64,000 nucleotides of DNA from an uncultured delta proteobacterium (GTDB lineage Bacteria > Myxococcota_A > Polyangia > Polyangiales > JAFGIB01), in contig CAVZVA010000010.1 in the NCBI GenBank assembly GCA_963778655.1, forward strand, positions 864,001 to 928,000. Direction: 5' to 3'. Under the pieces are notes generated by a model. That model worked only from the letters and a program-made list of their open reading frames with translations, had not been told where the DNA came from and did not search any database. Positions 19,002 through 28,698 of the stretch are shown here, piece by piece (the first letter of the stretch is position 1; each line of letters opens with the position of its first letter). A program made the position numbers and the translations under genes.

Positions 19002-21119
19002 TCACTGGCCGGCCAGCAGCACCACGCCGTTGTGGACGGCGTGGGCCAAGATCCCGGGCCACAGCCCGCCGCCGAGCGCAAACAGCCCGCCAGCCAACAG
19101 GCCCAACACCAGCTGCGGCACGCCGTAAGAGCCGAGATGCGCGAGCGCGAAGGTGGCGGCTCCGAGCGCAAATGCCCAGTGCTTGCGGCCCGCGGGCAGG
19201 TCGGCTTCGATCGCCTTTTGCAGCCAGCCGCGAAAGAAATACTCCTCGATCAGCGGCGCCACCACGGTCAGCGTGAGGAACATGGCGACCCGCTCGCCGG
19301 TGGCGAGCGACGGCGCCTGCTCCTCGACCGATCCGGGCAGAGGCAGCCTGCGCGCCAGCTCGAGCGCGAACAGACCCGAGCCAGCGCCGCCGAGCGCCCC
19401 CAGCGGCCAGCACCACAGCTTGCTGGGCAAGAAGTGCGGGGGCTCGAAGCGGGCGTGGTTGCGCCAGGTGAGCAGCGCCAGCAGCAGCGCTCCGCTGGCG
19501 TAGGTTGCGGCGAACAGGTAGCCCGTCGGCAGACCGAACCCGCTCAGCAGCCCGTACGAGACCGCCTGCGCGGCGAAGAATGCGGTGGCGGCCAGCAACG
19601 CGCGCCACACCGTGGTCTCGCGCTCGACGTCGTCGGCCGGGTCGTCGAGCCAGCGCACGCTCGTGCGCGCGGCCCTGCGCGCCTCCCAGCTCACCGCGAT
19701 GACCGCAATGGAAGCGGTGGTCGCGGTCCACGCGTTCGGGGCTACCACCGTCGCGAACAGCGGCAGCATCAAGATCTGGGTCGAGAGCCCCGACGACTGG
19801 CCGCTGCCCGCGCCCAGCGCGCCCATGGTGCCCACGCTGCTCGACAGAAAGGCGACGCTCACGGCCCCGTCGGCGACCACGTACATCGAGAGCCACGCCA
19901 GCGCCAACCGATAGCCGTGGTCGAAATCGGAACGCCACGCCGACCAGCCCGCGAGCAGCGCCAGAAACCAGAGCACCGGCAAGAGCAGCCTGCGCAGCGC
20001 GCGCACCTTGCCCTCCAGCACCTGGTGCGGCTGCAGCGGCAGCGCGGACAGAAAGGAGCGCGCCAGCAGATCGCGCTGCGCCGCGCGCCCGGCCTGGGAG
20101 ATGGTCTGGAGCGCGCCCAGGTAGATCACGAAACCGCCGGCATAGGGCACGGCCAGCGACCACACCCTCGCCGGCGCGAGCAGCAGGCCCACGAAGGCGG
20201 CCAGCGCCAGCAGGCTGGCCAGCACCAGCAGCACGCGGCCGCCCTCGCGCAGCATCATCACGCGTTCGAGCGAGACGCGATCCTGCCGGCCCTTGTGGGG
20301 CTTGGGCGTTCGGCCGCGCGCCTCGAGCTGATCGAAGCCGAAGTGCTCGGCGGCGCGCAGCAGCCGGTAGGCCAGCGCAGCCAGCAGCCCGCTGGCGCAG
20401 AACCGCAAGAGCAGCGCCGTCGGCGGGCCGAGCCAGCCGCTCGCGAGTCGGGACGCGGCGTGATCGGCTGGGTGCGCGCTCAAGCCGCCGAAAGGAACGA
20501 AGACCGCGAGCAGGCCGGCCAAATTCAGGCATACGCCCAGGTACAGCGCAAAGCGCGCAGCGGAGGCGGGGCCGAGCGCGCGCGTCCAGGCCGCGGCGGT
20601 CTGGCCCGCGACGAAGCACGCGACGAACGCGCTCAGCGCCAGCAGCGCCGGCAACAGCGAGCCGAGGCCAAGCCTGTGGCTCGCCGCGAGCGCGGCGAGC
20701 GGCACGCTCAGCACGCAGGGGATGATGGTGAGCCCGTCGGCGAGCTGCAGCCCCAGGCGCGCCGGCGTCGACAGCGGCAACGCCTCGAGAAAGCTGTCGT
20801 CGCGCATGCCGCGCAGTTGTAGCTTGGAGGCGCCCTTGGTCATGCCCACGCCAAAGCCGACCACCAACACGCCCAACATGTGCCAGTCCAGCGTCGCCGG
20901 GTCGCGCTTGGCGTCGCGGGCGACGCTCTGCCAGGTGAACAGCGCGAGATAGGTTGCGCTCAAGAGTTGGATGATCAGGAAGGTGGGCACGCCCGATAGC
21001 TTGGGCGCTTGCCCGAGCCGCACCGGACGGCGGCGCATGTGGCGCCACCACAGCCCGAGCAGCAGCCGAAGCTGGGCGAGCCCAGCCGCCGCGCGCGCTC
21101 CTCCCGGCGCTGCGCTCAC
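19002..21119 (-). CDS. ABC permease-like membrane protein fused to CPBP (CAAX/Abi) intramembrane protease
   Basis: Many TM helices; C-terminal EEYFFRG, FALAH and HAVHN motifs; GTG overlaps the ABC ATPase stop (GTGA). Confidence 0.8.
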   Translation of the reverse strand: MSAAPGGARAAAGLAQLRLLLGLWWRHMRRRPVRLGQAPKLSGVPTFLIIQLLSATYLALFTWQSVARDAKRDPATLDWHMLGVLVVGFGVGMTKGASKLQLRGMRDDSFLEALPLSTPARLGLQLADGLTIIPCVLSVPLAALAASHRLGLGSLLPALLALSAFVACFVAGQTAAAWTRALGPASAARFALYLGVCLNLAGLLAVFVPFGGLSAHPADHAASRLASGWLGPPTALLLRFCASGLLAALAYRLLRAAEHFGFDQLEARGRTPKPHKGRQDRVSLERVMMLREGGRVLLVLASLLALAAFVGLLLAPARVWSLAVPYAGGFVIYLGALQTISQAGRAAQRDLLARSFLSALPLQPHQVLEGKVRALRRLLLPVLWFLALLAGWSAWRSDFDHGYRLALAWLSMYVVADGAVSVAFLSSSVGTMGALGAGSGQSSGLSTQILMLPLFATVVAPNAWTATTASIAVIAVSWEARRAARTSVRWLDDPADDVERETTVWRALLAATAFFAAQAVSYGLLSGFGLPTGYLFAATYASGALLLALLTWRNHARFEPPHFLPSKLWCWPLGALGGAGSGLFALELARRLPLPGSVEEQAPSLATGERVAMFLTLTVVAPLIEEYFFRGWLQKAIEADLPAGRKHWAFALGAATFALAHLGSYGVPQLVLGLLAGGLFALGGGLWPGILAHAVHNGVVLLAGQ

Positions 21120-21895
21120 GCCCCCACCAGCTTGAGAAAGGCTTCTTCCAGGCTGGCCTCTGGCGCGAGCCCCGCTTGCGCGCGCAGCGCGTCCGCGCTG
21201 CCGGCGCCGATGCTGCGGCCACGATGGATCACCAGCAGGCGGTCGCACATGCGCTCGGCCATATCCAGCAGGTGCGTCGACAGCAACACCGCGGCCCCCG
21301 CGGCCGCTTCGCGCCGCAGCAGCTCGCGCACGCGCAGCGCCGTGGGCGGGTCGAGCCCGTTGGTCGGCTCGTCCAGCAGCAACACGGGCGGCCGGTGCAC
21401 GAGCGCACACAACAGGGCCAGCTTCTTCTTCATGCCCAGCGAGTACGAAGAGGTGAGCGCGCCCAGCTGCGGGGCGAAGTCGAGCAGCGCGACGGTCGCA
21501 TCGAGCGCCGCCCAGGCCGCCCGGGCGTCGAGCTCTCGCACGCCGATCACGAAGTCGAGCGTCTCTTTGCCGGTGAGGAAATCATAGAAGTGCGGCTCAT
21601 CCGGCATGAAGCCGATCTGCTGCTTGACGCGCTGACTGTCGTGCGTGCAGTCGAAGCCGAGGATGCGTGCGCTGCCCTGCGAAGGCCGCAGCAGCCCGAG
21701 CAGCAGCTTGAGCGTGGTGGTCTTGCCGGCGCCGTTGGGGCCCAGCAGGCCGACCACCTCGCCCGCCCGCAGCTCGAGGTCGAGGCCGTTCAGGGCGGTC
21801 ACGCCGGAGAAGCGCTTGCCCAGCGCCGTCACCGAGACGAGCGGCGCCTCCGCGGCCACGTCGGTGCCGGAGGCGGCGTGCGCGAGCGCGTCCAT
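21116..21895 (-). CDS. ABC transporter ATP-binding protein
   Basis: GPNGAGKTT, YSLGMKKK, LLLDEP, STH. Confidence 0.95.
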   Translation of the reverse strand: MDALAHAASGTDVAAEAPLVSVTALGKRFSGVTALNGLDLELRAGEVVGLLGPNGAGKTTTLKLLLGLLRPSQGSARILGFDCTHDSQRVKQQIGFMPDEPHFYDFLTGKETLDFVIGVRELDARAAWAALDATVALLDFAPQLGALTSSYSLGMKKKLALLCALVHRPPVLLLDEPTNGLDPPTALRVRELLRREAAAGAAVLLSTHLLDMAERMCDRLLVIHRGRSIGAGSADALRAQAGLAPEASLEEAFLKLVGA

Positions 21896-21925
21896 CACCG
21901 CAAGGATATCACCGCCACGCCGGGG

Positions 21926-23203
21926 TCAGCCGGCGCGCAGCAGCCGCTCGCGCTCGGGACCCACCGAGACCCAGCGCACGGGCAGCTCGAGCAGCCTCTC
22001 GACGCGGCGTACGTAGGCGCGTGCCTGCGCGGGCAGCTCGCCGAACGAGCGCACGCCCGCGAGCGGGCAATTCCAGCCGGGCAGGCGCTCGTAGATCGGC
22101 TGCGCCCGCTCGAGCAGGCGTGGGGTGGGGAAGGCGCGGCGCGTGTGCCCGTCAATCGTGTAGCCCACGCAGATCGGAATTTCACGCAGATAGCCGAGCA
22201 CGTCGAGACAGGTCAGCGCGACCTCCGTCGCGCCCTGCGCGCGGCAACCGTGGCGAGTGGCCACGGCGTCGAGCCAGCCGACCCTGCGCGGGCGGCCGGT
22301 GGTCGCGCCGTACTCGCCGGCATCGCCGCCGCGCGCGCGCAACGCGCGCGCCGCAGCGCCGTGCAGCTCGCTCACGAAAGGCCCGGCGCCGACCGCCGTG
22401 GTGTAGGCCTTGGTCACCGCGATCACGCGCGCGATCGCCCAGGGGGGAACGCCCGCGCCCACCGCCGCGAAACCCGCGAGCGGCGAGGAAGAGGTCACGA
22501 ACGGATAGCAGCCGTGATCGAGATCGCGCAGCGCGCCGAGCTGGCCTTCGAGCAGGATCTCGTGCTGCGCGCTCAGTGCGCCGGCGAGCAACGCGTCGGT
22601 GTCGCACACGTGGCGCTCGATGCGCGCGAACGCCGCCACCGTGCGCTGCGCGATCACGCCGGGCTCAGGCGCTTGCGCGGCGTAGAGCGCGCCCCACAGC
22701 GGAGCCTTGGGCGCAAGCGCGGCCTCGATGCGCCGGCGCAGCCGGGCCGGCTCGAAACAGTCGTCGAGCAGCACGCCGAGCTTGGCGTGCTTGTCGGCGT
22801 AGAACGGGGCGATGCCCTGTCGGGTCGAGCCGAATGCACGCGCACCGAGCCGCGCCTCCTCGCCGCGCTCGAGCGCGCGGTGGTACTCGAGCACGAGCTG
22901 TGCGCGCGAGGAGATCGCCAGCCGGGGCTCGAGCCCGCGCGCCTGCAGGGCGTCGAGCTCGGCGCACAGCAGCTCGAGGTCGAGCGCCACGCCGGGGCCG
23001 AGCACGTTGAGCGGGCGCGGCCACAGCACGCCCGAGGGCAGCTGGTGCAGCACCAGCTTGCCGTGCGGCCCGCACAGGGTGTGCCCGGCATTGGCGCCGC
23101 CTTGATAGCGCACCACGTAGTCGTGCTCGCCCGCGATCGCGTCGACCACGCGTCCCTTGCCCTCGTCGCCGTAGCTCGCGCCTACCACTGCAGTCGTGCT
23201 CAT
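21926..23203 (-). CDS. purA: adenylosuccinate synthetase
   Basis: GDEGKG, GGANAGHT, HQLPSG, EYGATTGRPRRVGWLD, VSVGPER. Confidence 0.95.
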   Translation of the reverse strand: MSTTAVVGASYGDEGKGRVVDAIAGEHDYVVRYQGGANAGHTLCGPHGKLVLHQLPSGVLWPRPLNVLGPGVALDLELLCAELDALQARGLEPRLAISSRAQLVLEYHRALERGEEARLGARAFGSTRQGIAPFYADKHAKLGVLLDDCFEPARLRRRIEAALAPKAPLWGALYAAQAPEPGVIAQRTVAAFARIERHVCDTDALLAGALSAQHEILLEGQLGALRDLDHGCYPFVTSSSPLAGFAAVGAGVPPWAIARVIAVTKAYTTAVGAGPFVSELHGAAARALRARGGDAGEYGATTGRPRRVGWLDAVATRHGCRAQGATEVALTCLDVLGYLREIPICVGYTIDGHTRRAFPTPRLLERAQPIYERLPGWNCPLAGVRSFGELPAQARAYVRRVERLLELPVRWVSVGPERERLLRAG

Positions 23204-23296
23204 GCTCGCCTTCCGCGCCCGGGCGCCCGTACCGAACGCCGCGCGCTCACCGTGGCCGCCGCACGAGCTCGCTTCAAATGAATAGTTGTGTCTGAT

Positions 23297-23314
23297 CTCA
23301 TGAATATGAGTTAT
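23297..23314. promoter_or_regulatory. putative LysR operator in divergent purA/lysR spacer
   Basis: A/T-rich patch with CTCAT-N4-ATGAG palindrome (23297-23310) overlapping a T-N11-A (23301-23313). Confidence 0.5.
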
Positions 23315-24287
23315 GAATTGCGAGAGGCCCTTTCCGTATGTGCTGCCGTTTCGACCGACGGAGTCGCCGCACGTGAGCCTGCTTGGCCCGGCGCTGCTCG
23401 GCTTCCTGCGCGTGGCCGAGCTGGGCAGCGTGAGCCGCGCCGCGCGCACGCTGCACCTCAGCCAGCCGGCCGTGAGCAAGCAGGTGCGCGCGCTCGAGCA
23501 GGCGCTTGGCACCGCGCTGCTGGAGCGCAGCGGGCGCGGCGTGCGCCTGACCCCGGCCGGCGTGCTGCTGGCCGACTACGGGCGCCGCAGCGCTGCGCTG
23601 CTCGACGAGGGCCGCGAGGCGCTGTCCGAGCTCGACGCCGAGGACGGCGGGCGCTTGCGCCTGGGCGCGGGCGCGACCACGTGCATCTTCCAGCTTCCGG
23701 CCTGGTTGCGCCGGCTGCGCGCCGAGCGCCCGCGCGTCGATATCACGGTGCGCACGGGCGCCAGCCGCGCGGTCGCGAGCTGGGTGCTCGAGCGCGAGCT
23801 CGAGCTCGGGCTGGTCACCTCGAGCGTCGCACACGCGGAGCTCGAGCTGCGCGTGCTGTTTCGCGAGCCGATCGTGCTGGTCAGCGCACCGGAGCGCGCC
23901 CGGCCGGCCGCGCTCGAGCAGCTGCCGCTGATTCTGTTTCCGGCGACCACCGGCTTTCGCGAGTACCTGGACCGCCAGCTCGGCGCCGAGCGCCTGCGCT
24001 CTCTGGTCAAGATGGAGACCGACAGTGTCGAGGTGATCAAGAGCTTCGTCGCCGGCGATCTGGGCGCTTCGTTCCTGCCGCAAAGCGCGGTCGCTGCAGA
24101 GCTCGCGCGCGGCACGCTGCGGCGTGTCTCGCTGCGCGGGCTGCCGCGGCTGCGCCGCAGCACCGCGCTGATCCGCCGCCGCGACCGCAAGCCCGGGCGC
24201 GTCGCCGCGCGCTTCGTGCAGATCCTGGCGGCGAGCAAGGCCGGGCCGGCGGAGCGGCGCGCGCGCATGACCCGCCGGCGGCGCTGA
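23313..24287 (+). CDS. LysR-family transcriptional regulator
   Basis: GSVSRAARTLHLSQPAVSKQVRALE HTH plus substrate-binding domain; the true start may be GTG 23373. Confidence 0.92.
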   Translation: MNCERPFPYVLPFRPTESPHVSLLGPALLGFLRVAELGSVSRAARTLHLSQPAVSKQVRALEQALGTALLERSGRGVRLTPAGVLLADYGRRSAALLDEGREALSELDAEDGGRLRLGAGATTCIFQLPAWLRRLRAERPRVDITVRTGASRAVASWVLERELELGLVTSSVAHAELELRVLFREPIVLVSAPERARPAALEQLPLILFPATTGFREYLDRQLGAERLRSLVKMETDSVEVIKSFVAGDLGASFLPQSAVAAELARGTLRRVSLRGLPRLRRSTALIRRRDRKPGRVAARFVQILAASKAGPAERRARMTRRRR

Positions 24288-24310
24288 CAGCGCAGGGCGC
24301 AAAGCGTGCG

Positions 24311-25261
24311 ATGACCGAGCAGCAGGCCGTGCCATGGCCGGGCGCGTCGCCGCCCGGTCGCGTGCTAGAAGTCGGGTCATGCCTGCGCTCGGGGTTCGCC
24401 GTGGCCGCTAGCAGGCGCGTCAAGCACGCGCCGGCGTCCAAGCCGGCGCCGCCGACGCTGACGCTGGCGCCGATCGGCGTGGTGCGCAGCCCGTTTACCG
24501 ACAAGCGCAGCGCGCCGCGTCAACCGGCGGCAGGGCGCGGCGTGCAGGGCCGCATCGAGCTCTACCCGCGCGCCGACTACGAGCACGCGCTGTGCGACGT
24601 CGAGCGCTGGTCGCACCTGTGGGTGATCTTCTGGTTTCACCTGAGCACGGGCTTTCGCCCCAAGGTGCTGCCCCCGCGCAGCACGCACAAGCGCGGGCTG
24701 TTTTCCACGCGCTCGCCGAACCGGCCCAATCCGCTCGGGCTCAGCGTTGTCCGTCTGCTGCGGGTGGAGGGTCGCGTGTTGCACGTGTGCGACCTCGACA
24801 TGCTGGACGGCACGCCGGTGCTGGACCTCAAGCCCTACGTCGCCTATACCGACGCGCTGCCCGATGCCGGCAGCGGGTGGCTCGACGCCGCCGCCGGCGC
24901 GCCGGCCGATCCGGGCCCGCGCTATCGCGTGAGCTGGGAGCCGCGTGCCCAGCAGCAGCTGGCCTGGCTGGCGGCGCGCAGCGAGCTGCCGCTGCGCGCG
25001 CTGGTCGAGCAGGCGCTGACGCTGGGGCCGGCGCCGCACCCCTACCGGCGCATCCGCCGCGTCGGCGACCACTTCCGTCTCGCGGTCAAGGATTTCCGCG
25101 TGCGCTTCACGGTGCAGCAAGACGAGGCGCGCGTGCTCGAGATCGCGACCGGCTACAGACCGCAGGTGCTGCGCGATCCCGACGCCGTTGCCAGCGAGAG
25201 CACGCCGCTCGACGTGCACCGCGCGTTCGTGCGCTGCTTCGGCCCGCGCGCCGCGCGCTGA
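24311..25261 (+). CDS. trmO: tRNA (m6t6A37) methyltransferase TrmO/TsaA
   Basis: PIGVVRSPF...APRQ, GLFSTRSPNRPNPLGLS, DMLDGTPVLDLKPY; start uncertain. Confidence 0.88.
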   Translation: MTEQQAVPWPGASPPGRVLEVGSCLRSGFAVAASRRVKHAPASKPAPPTLTLAPIGVVRSPFTDKRSAPRQPAAGRGVQGRIELYPRADYEHALCDVERWSHLWVIFWFHLSTGFRPKVLPPRSTHKRGLFSTRSPNRPNPLGLSVVRLLRVEGRVLHVCDLDMLDGTPVLDLKPYVAYTDALPDAGSGWLDAAAGAPADPGPRYRVSWEPRAQQQLAWLAARSELPLRALVEQALTLGPAPHPYRRIRRVGDHFRLAVKDFRVRFTVQQDEARVLEIATGYRPQVLRDPDAVASESTPLDVHRAFVRCFGPRAAR

Positions 25262-25274
25262 TCGCGCGCGCTAC

Positions 25275-25315
25275 CGAGTAAGTATCCCCCGGCAGAGCCG
25301 GGGGATACTTACTCG
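25275..25315. repeat. perfect 19-bp inverted repeat between convergent genes (terminator or IS200/REP-like end)
   Basis: CGAGTAAGTATCCCCCGGC-AGA-GCCGGGGGATACTTACTCG; includes the nitroreductase TAA. Confidence 0.85.
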
Positions 25316-25971
25316 CGGGGCTCGATCGCCGCCGCGTCGAAGCGGTCGAAGAACAGCTTGTCGTCGACCGGCTTGCGCCGGGGCTGGCCGTAGCGCCCCT
25401 TGGGCCAGCCGATCGGCAGCAATGCGCTGCTGGGAATGCGCTCGGGCAGGCCCAGGTAGTCGTCGATCTCGCGCCCGAACACGCGGTGCACGGTGGTGAG
25501 CGAGGCGCCCAGCCCGACCGCGCGGCAGGCGAGCAGGATGTTCTGGATGCAGGGGAACAGCGCCTGCGTCTGCTCGTGGCCGCGCCGGGTGAAGCCCGCA
25601 ACGAACAGGTGCACGGGCGCCTCGTGCAGGTGCTCGCTGAGGTGCAGCGCGGCCGCCAGGTTCTTGCGCTTGTCGGCCGGGTAGTCGGGCGACTCGGCGG
25701 CCTTGATCGCGGGCGCGATGTAGCCGGCAAAGGCCGCGCGATAGCGCTCCGCCACGAACGCGCGCCGCTCCGCATCGGTGACCGCAATGAAGAACCACGG
25801 CTGCCGGTTGCCACCGCTCGGCGCGAACGTGCCGGCCTCGCACACCTTGCGGATCAGCGCGGGCGGCACCGGGTCGGGCCGCAGCCTTCGGATCGCTCGC
25901 GTCGTGCGCATGCCCTCGAGCAAGGGCACGTCCTCGCCCAGGCTCGCGATTTCGCTCTCGGATAGCTCCAT
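25309..25971 (-). CDS. nitroreductase family protein
   Basis: RTTRAIRRL, APSGGNRQPWFF, QNILLACRAVGLGASL, LPIGWP. Confidence 0.9.
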   Translation of the reverse strand: MELSESEIASLGEDVPLLEGMRTTRAIRRLRPDPVPPALIRKVCEAGTFAPSGGNRQPWFFIAVTDAERRAFVAERYRAAFAGYIAPAIKAAESPDYPADKRKNLAAALHLSEHLHEAPVHLFVAGFTRRGHEQTQALFPCIQNILLACRAVGLGASLTTVHRVFGREIDDYLGLPERIPSSALLPIGWPKGRYGQPRRKPVDDKLFFDRFDAAAIEPRE

Positions 25972-26035
25972 CGCGCGGCATGGTAGCGGCGGCGCCGCCG
26001 GCGATCCAGGGTGGGGCGCCGCCTGCTACCCACGC

Positions 26036-26506
26036 TCAATCGAGCAGCGCTTCCACCGCGGCCAGCAGGGCTGCGTCGTAGCCGAGCTGCGCGTTCAGCT
26101 GCTCGAGCGGCAGCCAGACCGCGCCCTCGTTGACGGGGTCGTCGTGGACTGGCTCGGGCGCGGCGCGATCGCCGCGCAGCGTGGCGCGGAAGAAGTGCGT
26201 CGTGCACTCGACCTCGTGCCCCGCCCAGGTGAAGAGATAGCACGCGACCCGTTCGGAGGCGGGCTCGACCCGCACCCGATAGCCGGTCTCCTCCAGCGCC
26301 TCGCGCTCGGCGGCGGCGACCGGCGTTTCAGCCGGCTCGACCCCGCCCCCCGGCACGAACAACCGCGCGACGGCCGTGAGCGGGTCGCGCAGGCGGACGC
26401 ACAGCAGCTCTCCGCCATCGACACACACCACGGAGGCGCGTCGGCGCTTCCTCACCAGGGCTTCTCCCCGCCGGGCATTTTCGCGCGTCTCGGCCTCATC
26501 GGACAC
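26036..26506 (-). CDS. NUDIX hydrolase
   Basis: Nudix box GGGVEPAETPVAAAEREALEETGY. Confidence 0.9.
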   Translation of the reverse strand: MSDEAETRENARRGEALVRKRRRASVVCVDGGELLCVRLRDPLTAVARLFVPGGGVEPAETPVAAAEREALEETGYRVRVEPASERVACYLFTWAGHEVECTTHFFRATLRGDRAAPEPVHDDPVNEGAVWLPLEQLNAQLGYDAALLAAVEALLD

Positions 26507-26670
26507 GCCATCGACGCACTATTGCATAGAGCACGGGCGGCGGGCCAAGGCCGCGCACGCTCTTGCTCGCGGTGCGGCCGGGGGCGTGATAGAACACTCA
26601 GACGCCCTCGCGGCTGCGAGCGTCTTCGCCCCGCCGACGGCGATGCGGAGAACACGTGCGGCAAACGGCG

Positions 26671-27528
26671 ATGCTCCGGTTTCTGGACCTGCTTCGCAAG
26701 GAGCTCGATGCGAAGGATGCGCGCCTCGAGCTCGGCGGAAGCGATCCGGACGACTCGCAGCTGCTGTGGACCGGGCTACAAGGCGGATGGCGGCTGGTCG
26801 CGGTGTTCGACGCCGCGCCTGCCGACCGCGGCGACAAGCAAGCGCAGCTCGAGCAGCTGGCGCGCGGATTCGCCCACACGCTGAGCGACCCCAGCATCCC
26901 CACCCCGTCGGTGCTGCCGATCGAGTCGCCCTATCGCCGGCTCGACGCCGCGCTCGAGGCGCTGCGCAGCCGCAGTGGGGGCGTGGGCGTGGTGGTGGTG
27001 GATCTGCACTCACCGGTGTTGTGGGGCTCGTCCGAGCCGCAGCGCCACACCGACGACGTCGAGGCGATGGTGCAAATCGGCGCCGCGCTGCGGGCCACGC
27101 TGGAGTCGGGCATCACGCTCGATGCGATCTGTGCAATGAACGCCGACGACGTACCGGCGCGGCTGCGCGATCTGGGTGTGAACGCGGACCGCGCGAGCTT
27201 GCTCGGTGGGGTGCTCTCGCAGCGTGACGAGACGGCGCTGCGCCATCACCTGCTGACCTGTCTGGCGGTAGCGCGGGCGCGCGGCGAGGCCGAATCGTCG
27301 GGCACGCGCTGGGCGCATCACGAGGCGCAGTTCGGCTACTTCGTGCGCAGCTTCGCCAACATCTACCTGCTGGTGGACGTGTTCGAGGGCGCATTCAGCG
27401 AGCTGTACGTGGAGTCGGCCGTGGTCCACGCGCTGCCGGGGATCGAGCACCTGTTGCTGGTGCTGCCCCCGCTCGACCCGGACCCTGCGGCGCAGGGCGG
27501 GCGCGTGATTCGGCTGCGCCGCAGGTAG
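26671..27528 (+). CDS. hypothetical protein (possible Roadblock/longin-like elements)
   Basis: Good codon usage; first gene of a three-gene same-strand run; no firm motif. Confidence 0.6.
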   Translation: MLRFLDLLRKELDAKDARLELGGSDPDDSQLLWTGLQGGWRLVAVFDAAPADRGDKQAQLEQLARGFAHTLSDPSIPTPSVLPIESPYRRLDAALEALRSRSGGVGVVVVDLHSPVLWGSSEPQRHTDDVEAMVQIGAALRATLESGITLDAICAMNADDVPARLRDLGVNADRASLLGGVLSQRDETALRHHLLTCLAVARARGEAESSGTRWAHHEAQFGYFVRSFANIYLLVDVFEGAFSELYVESAVVHALPGIEHLLLVLPPLDPDPAAQGGRVIRLRRR

Positions 27529-27534
27529 CGGTGC

Positions 27535-28698
27535 ATGCAGCCCTTGCGCGGCAGCCGCGGGCGGACGCTGCTCAAGGCGGCGGCGTTTCGCGCGTTCGCG
27601 CTGCTGCTGGGGCTGGGCGCGTCGCTGCTGCTGCTGGAGCTGGGGCTACGCGTCTTCGGCTACGACGGCGCGCGCGAACGCACGCAGCGGGTATTCGATC
27701 CCAAGTACGGCACGGTCAACGCCGATAGCTGGATCTTTCACTTCGACATCGATCCCAAGCGCTACTTCGCGGTCGACATCCGCGGGCAGCTGGTGCCGCT
27801 GCGCAAGGCCCCGGGCGAGAGTCGCGTGCTGTTCGTGGGCGACTCGGCGACCGAGGGCGCCTTCGTCACGCTGAAGCAGTCGTTTCCGCTGCGCTTCAAG
27901 CAGCTGCTCGACCAGCGCGATCCCGGTAACCACGTGCGCGTGATCAACGCCGGCGTCTGGGGCATGACCACGATCGACGAGTATCATCTACTGCGCGACA
28001 AGCTGCTGCCGCTCAAGCCCGACGTGGTGGTGCTGGGATTGTTCATGTCCAACGACATCAACTGGAACCTCGGCCACGTCCAGCGCAGGCTGCGCTACCT
28101 CGCCCCGGCGTGGCTCGAGCGGGCGCGCGCACGCTCGGCGCTGGTGCACTTCTTGTTCCTGCAGGCGCTGGCGCTCAACCAGCGCTACCGCTTCGTGCGC
28201 AGCGACAGCTTGGGCGCGCGCTGGGTGCCGGCGCGTATCGCGCTCGTGGACAGCTACGGGCTGCACATGCTGAGCTACCCGGCAGGCGAGCTCGCGCTCT
28301 ACATGCGGAGGCCTTCCGTGCTCGCGGACGAGGCGTTCTCGGTGCTGCACGACGTGCTCGCGCAGCTGCTCGCTCTCGGCGCCCGCCATGGCTTTACGCT
28401 GCGCGTGCTGCTGATCCCGACGCCATCGGCGGTCGCCGGTCGGCTCACGCTGCTGCACTATCCCGACTTCCTCAGCCAGCTGCGCGCGCAGGGCATCTCG
28501 ATCCACGAGGGCGACCTCGATTTCGGGCTGCCCACGCGGCGCGTGCTCGCGATCTGCCAGCAACTCAAGCTCGGCTGCACCGATGCCACTCCAAACATGA
28601 AGCGGTTGGGGCCCGCAGCCTTCTTTCCCCACGACGAGCATCCGACCGTGGCCGGTCACGAGGCGCTCGCACGGGCACTGCTCGAGTCGGGACCGTGA
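27535..28698 (+). CDS. SGNH/GDSL hydrolase-family protein with N-terminal TM
   Basis: GDSATEG, INAGVWG, SND, DEHP blocks. Confidence 0.85.
   Translation: MQPLRGSRGRTLLKAAAFRAFALLLGLGASLLLLELGLRVFGYDGARERTQRVFDPKYGTVNADSWIFHFDIDPKRYFAVDIRGQLVPLRKAPGESRVLFVGDSATEGAFVTLKQSFPLRFKQLLDQRDPGNHVRVINAGVWGMTTIDEYHLLRDKLLPLKPDVVVLGLFMSNDINWNLGHVQRRLRYLAPAWLERARARSALVHFLFLQALALNQRYRFVRSDSLGARWVPARIALVDSYGLHMLSYPAGELALYMRRPSVLADEAFSVLHDVLAQLLALGARHGFTLRVLLIPTPSAVAGRLTLLHYPDFLSQLRAQGISIHEGDLDFGLPTRRVLAICQQLKLGCTDATPNMKRLGPAAFFPHDEHPTVAGHEALARALLESGP

Noticed and set aside
21926..23203. PurZ (Z-genome) interpretation of the purA-like gene
   Set aside because: It retains the PurA catalytic Asp in GDEGKG (PurZ has Ser there); no phage context
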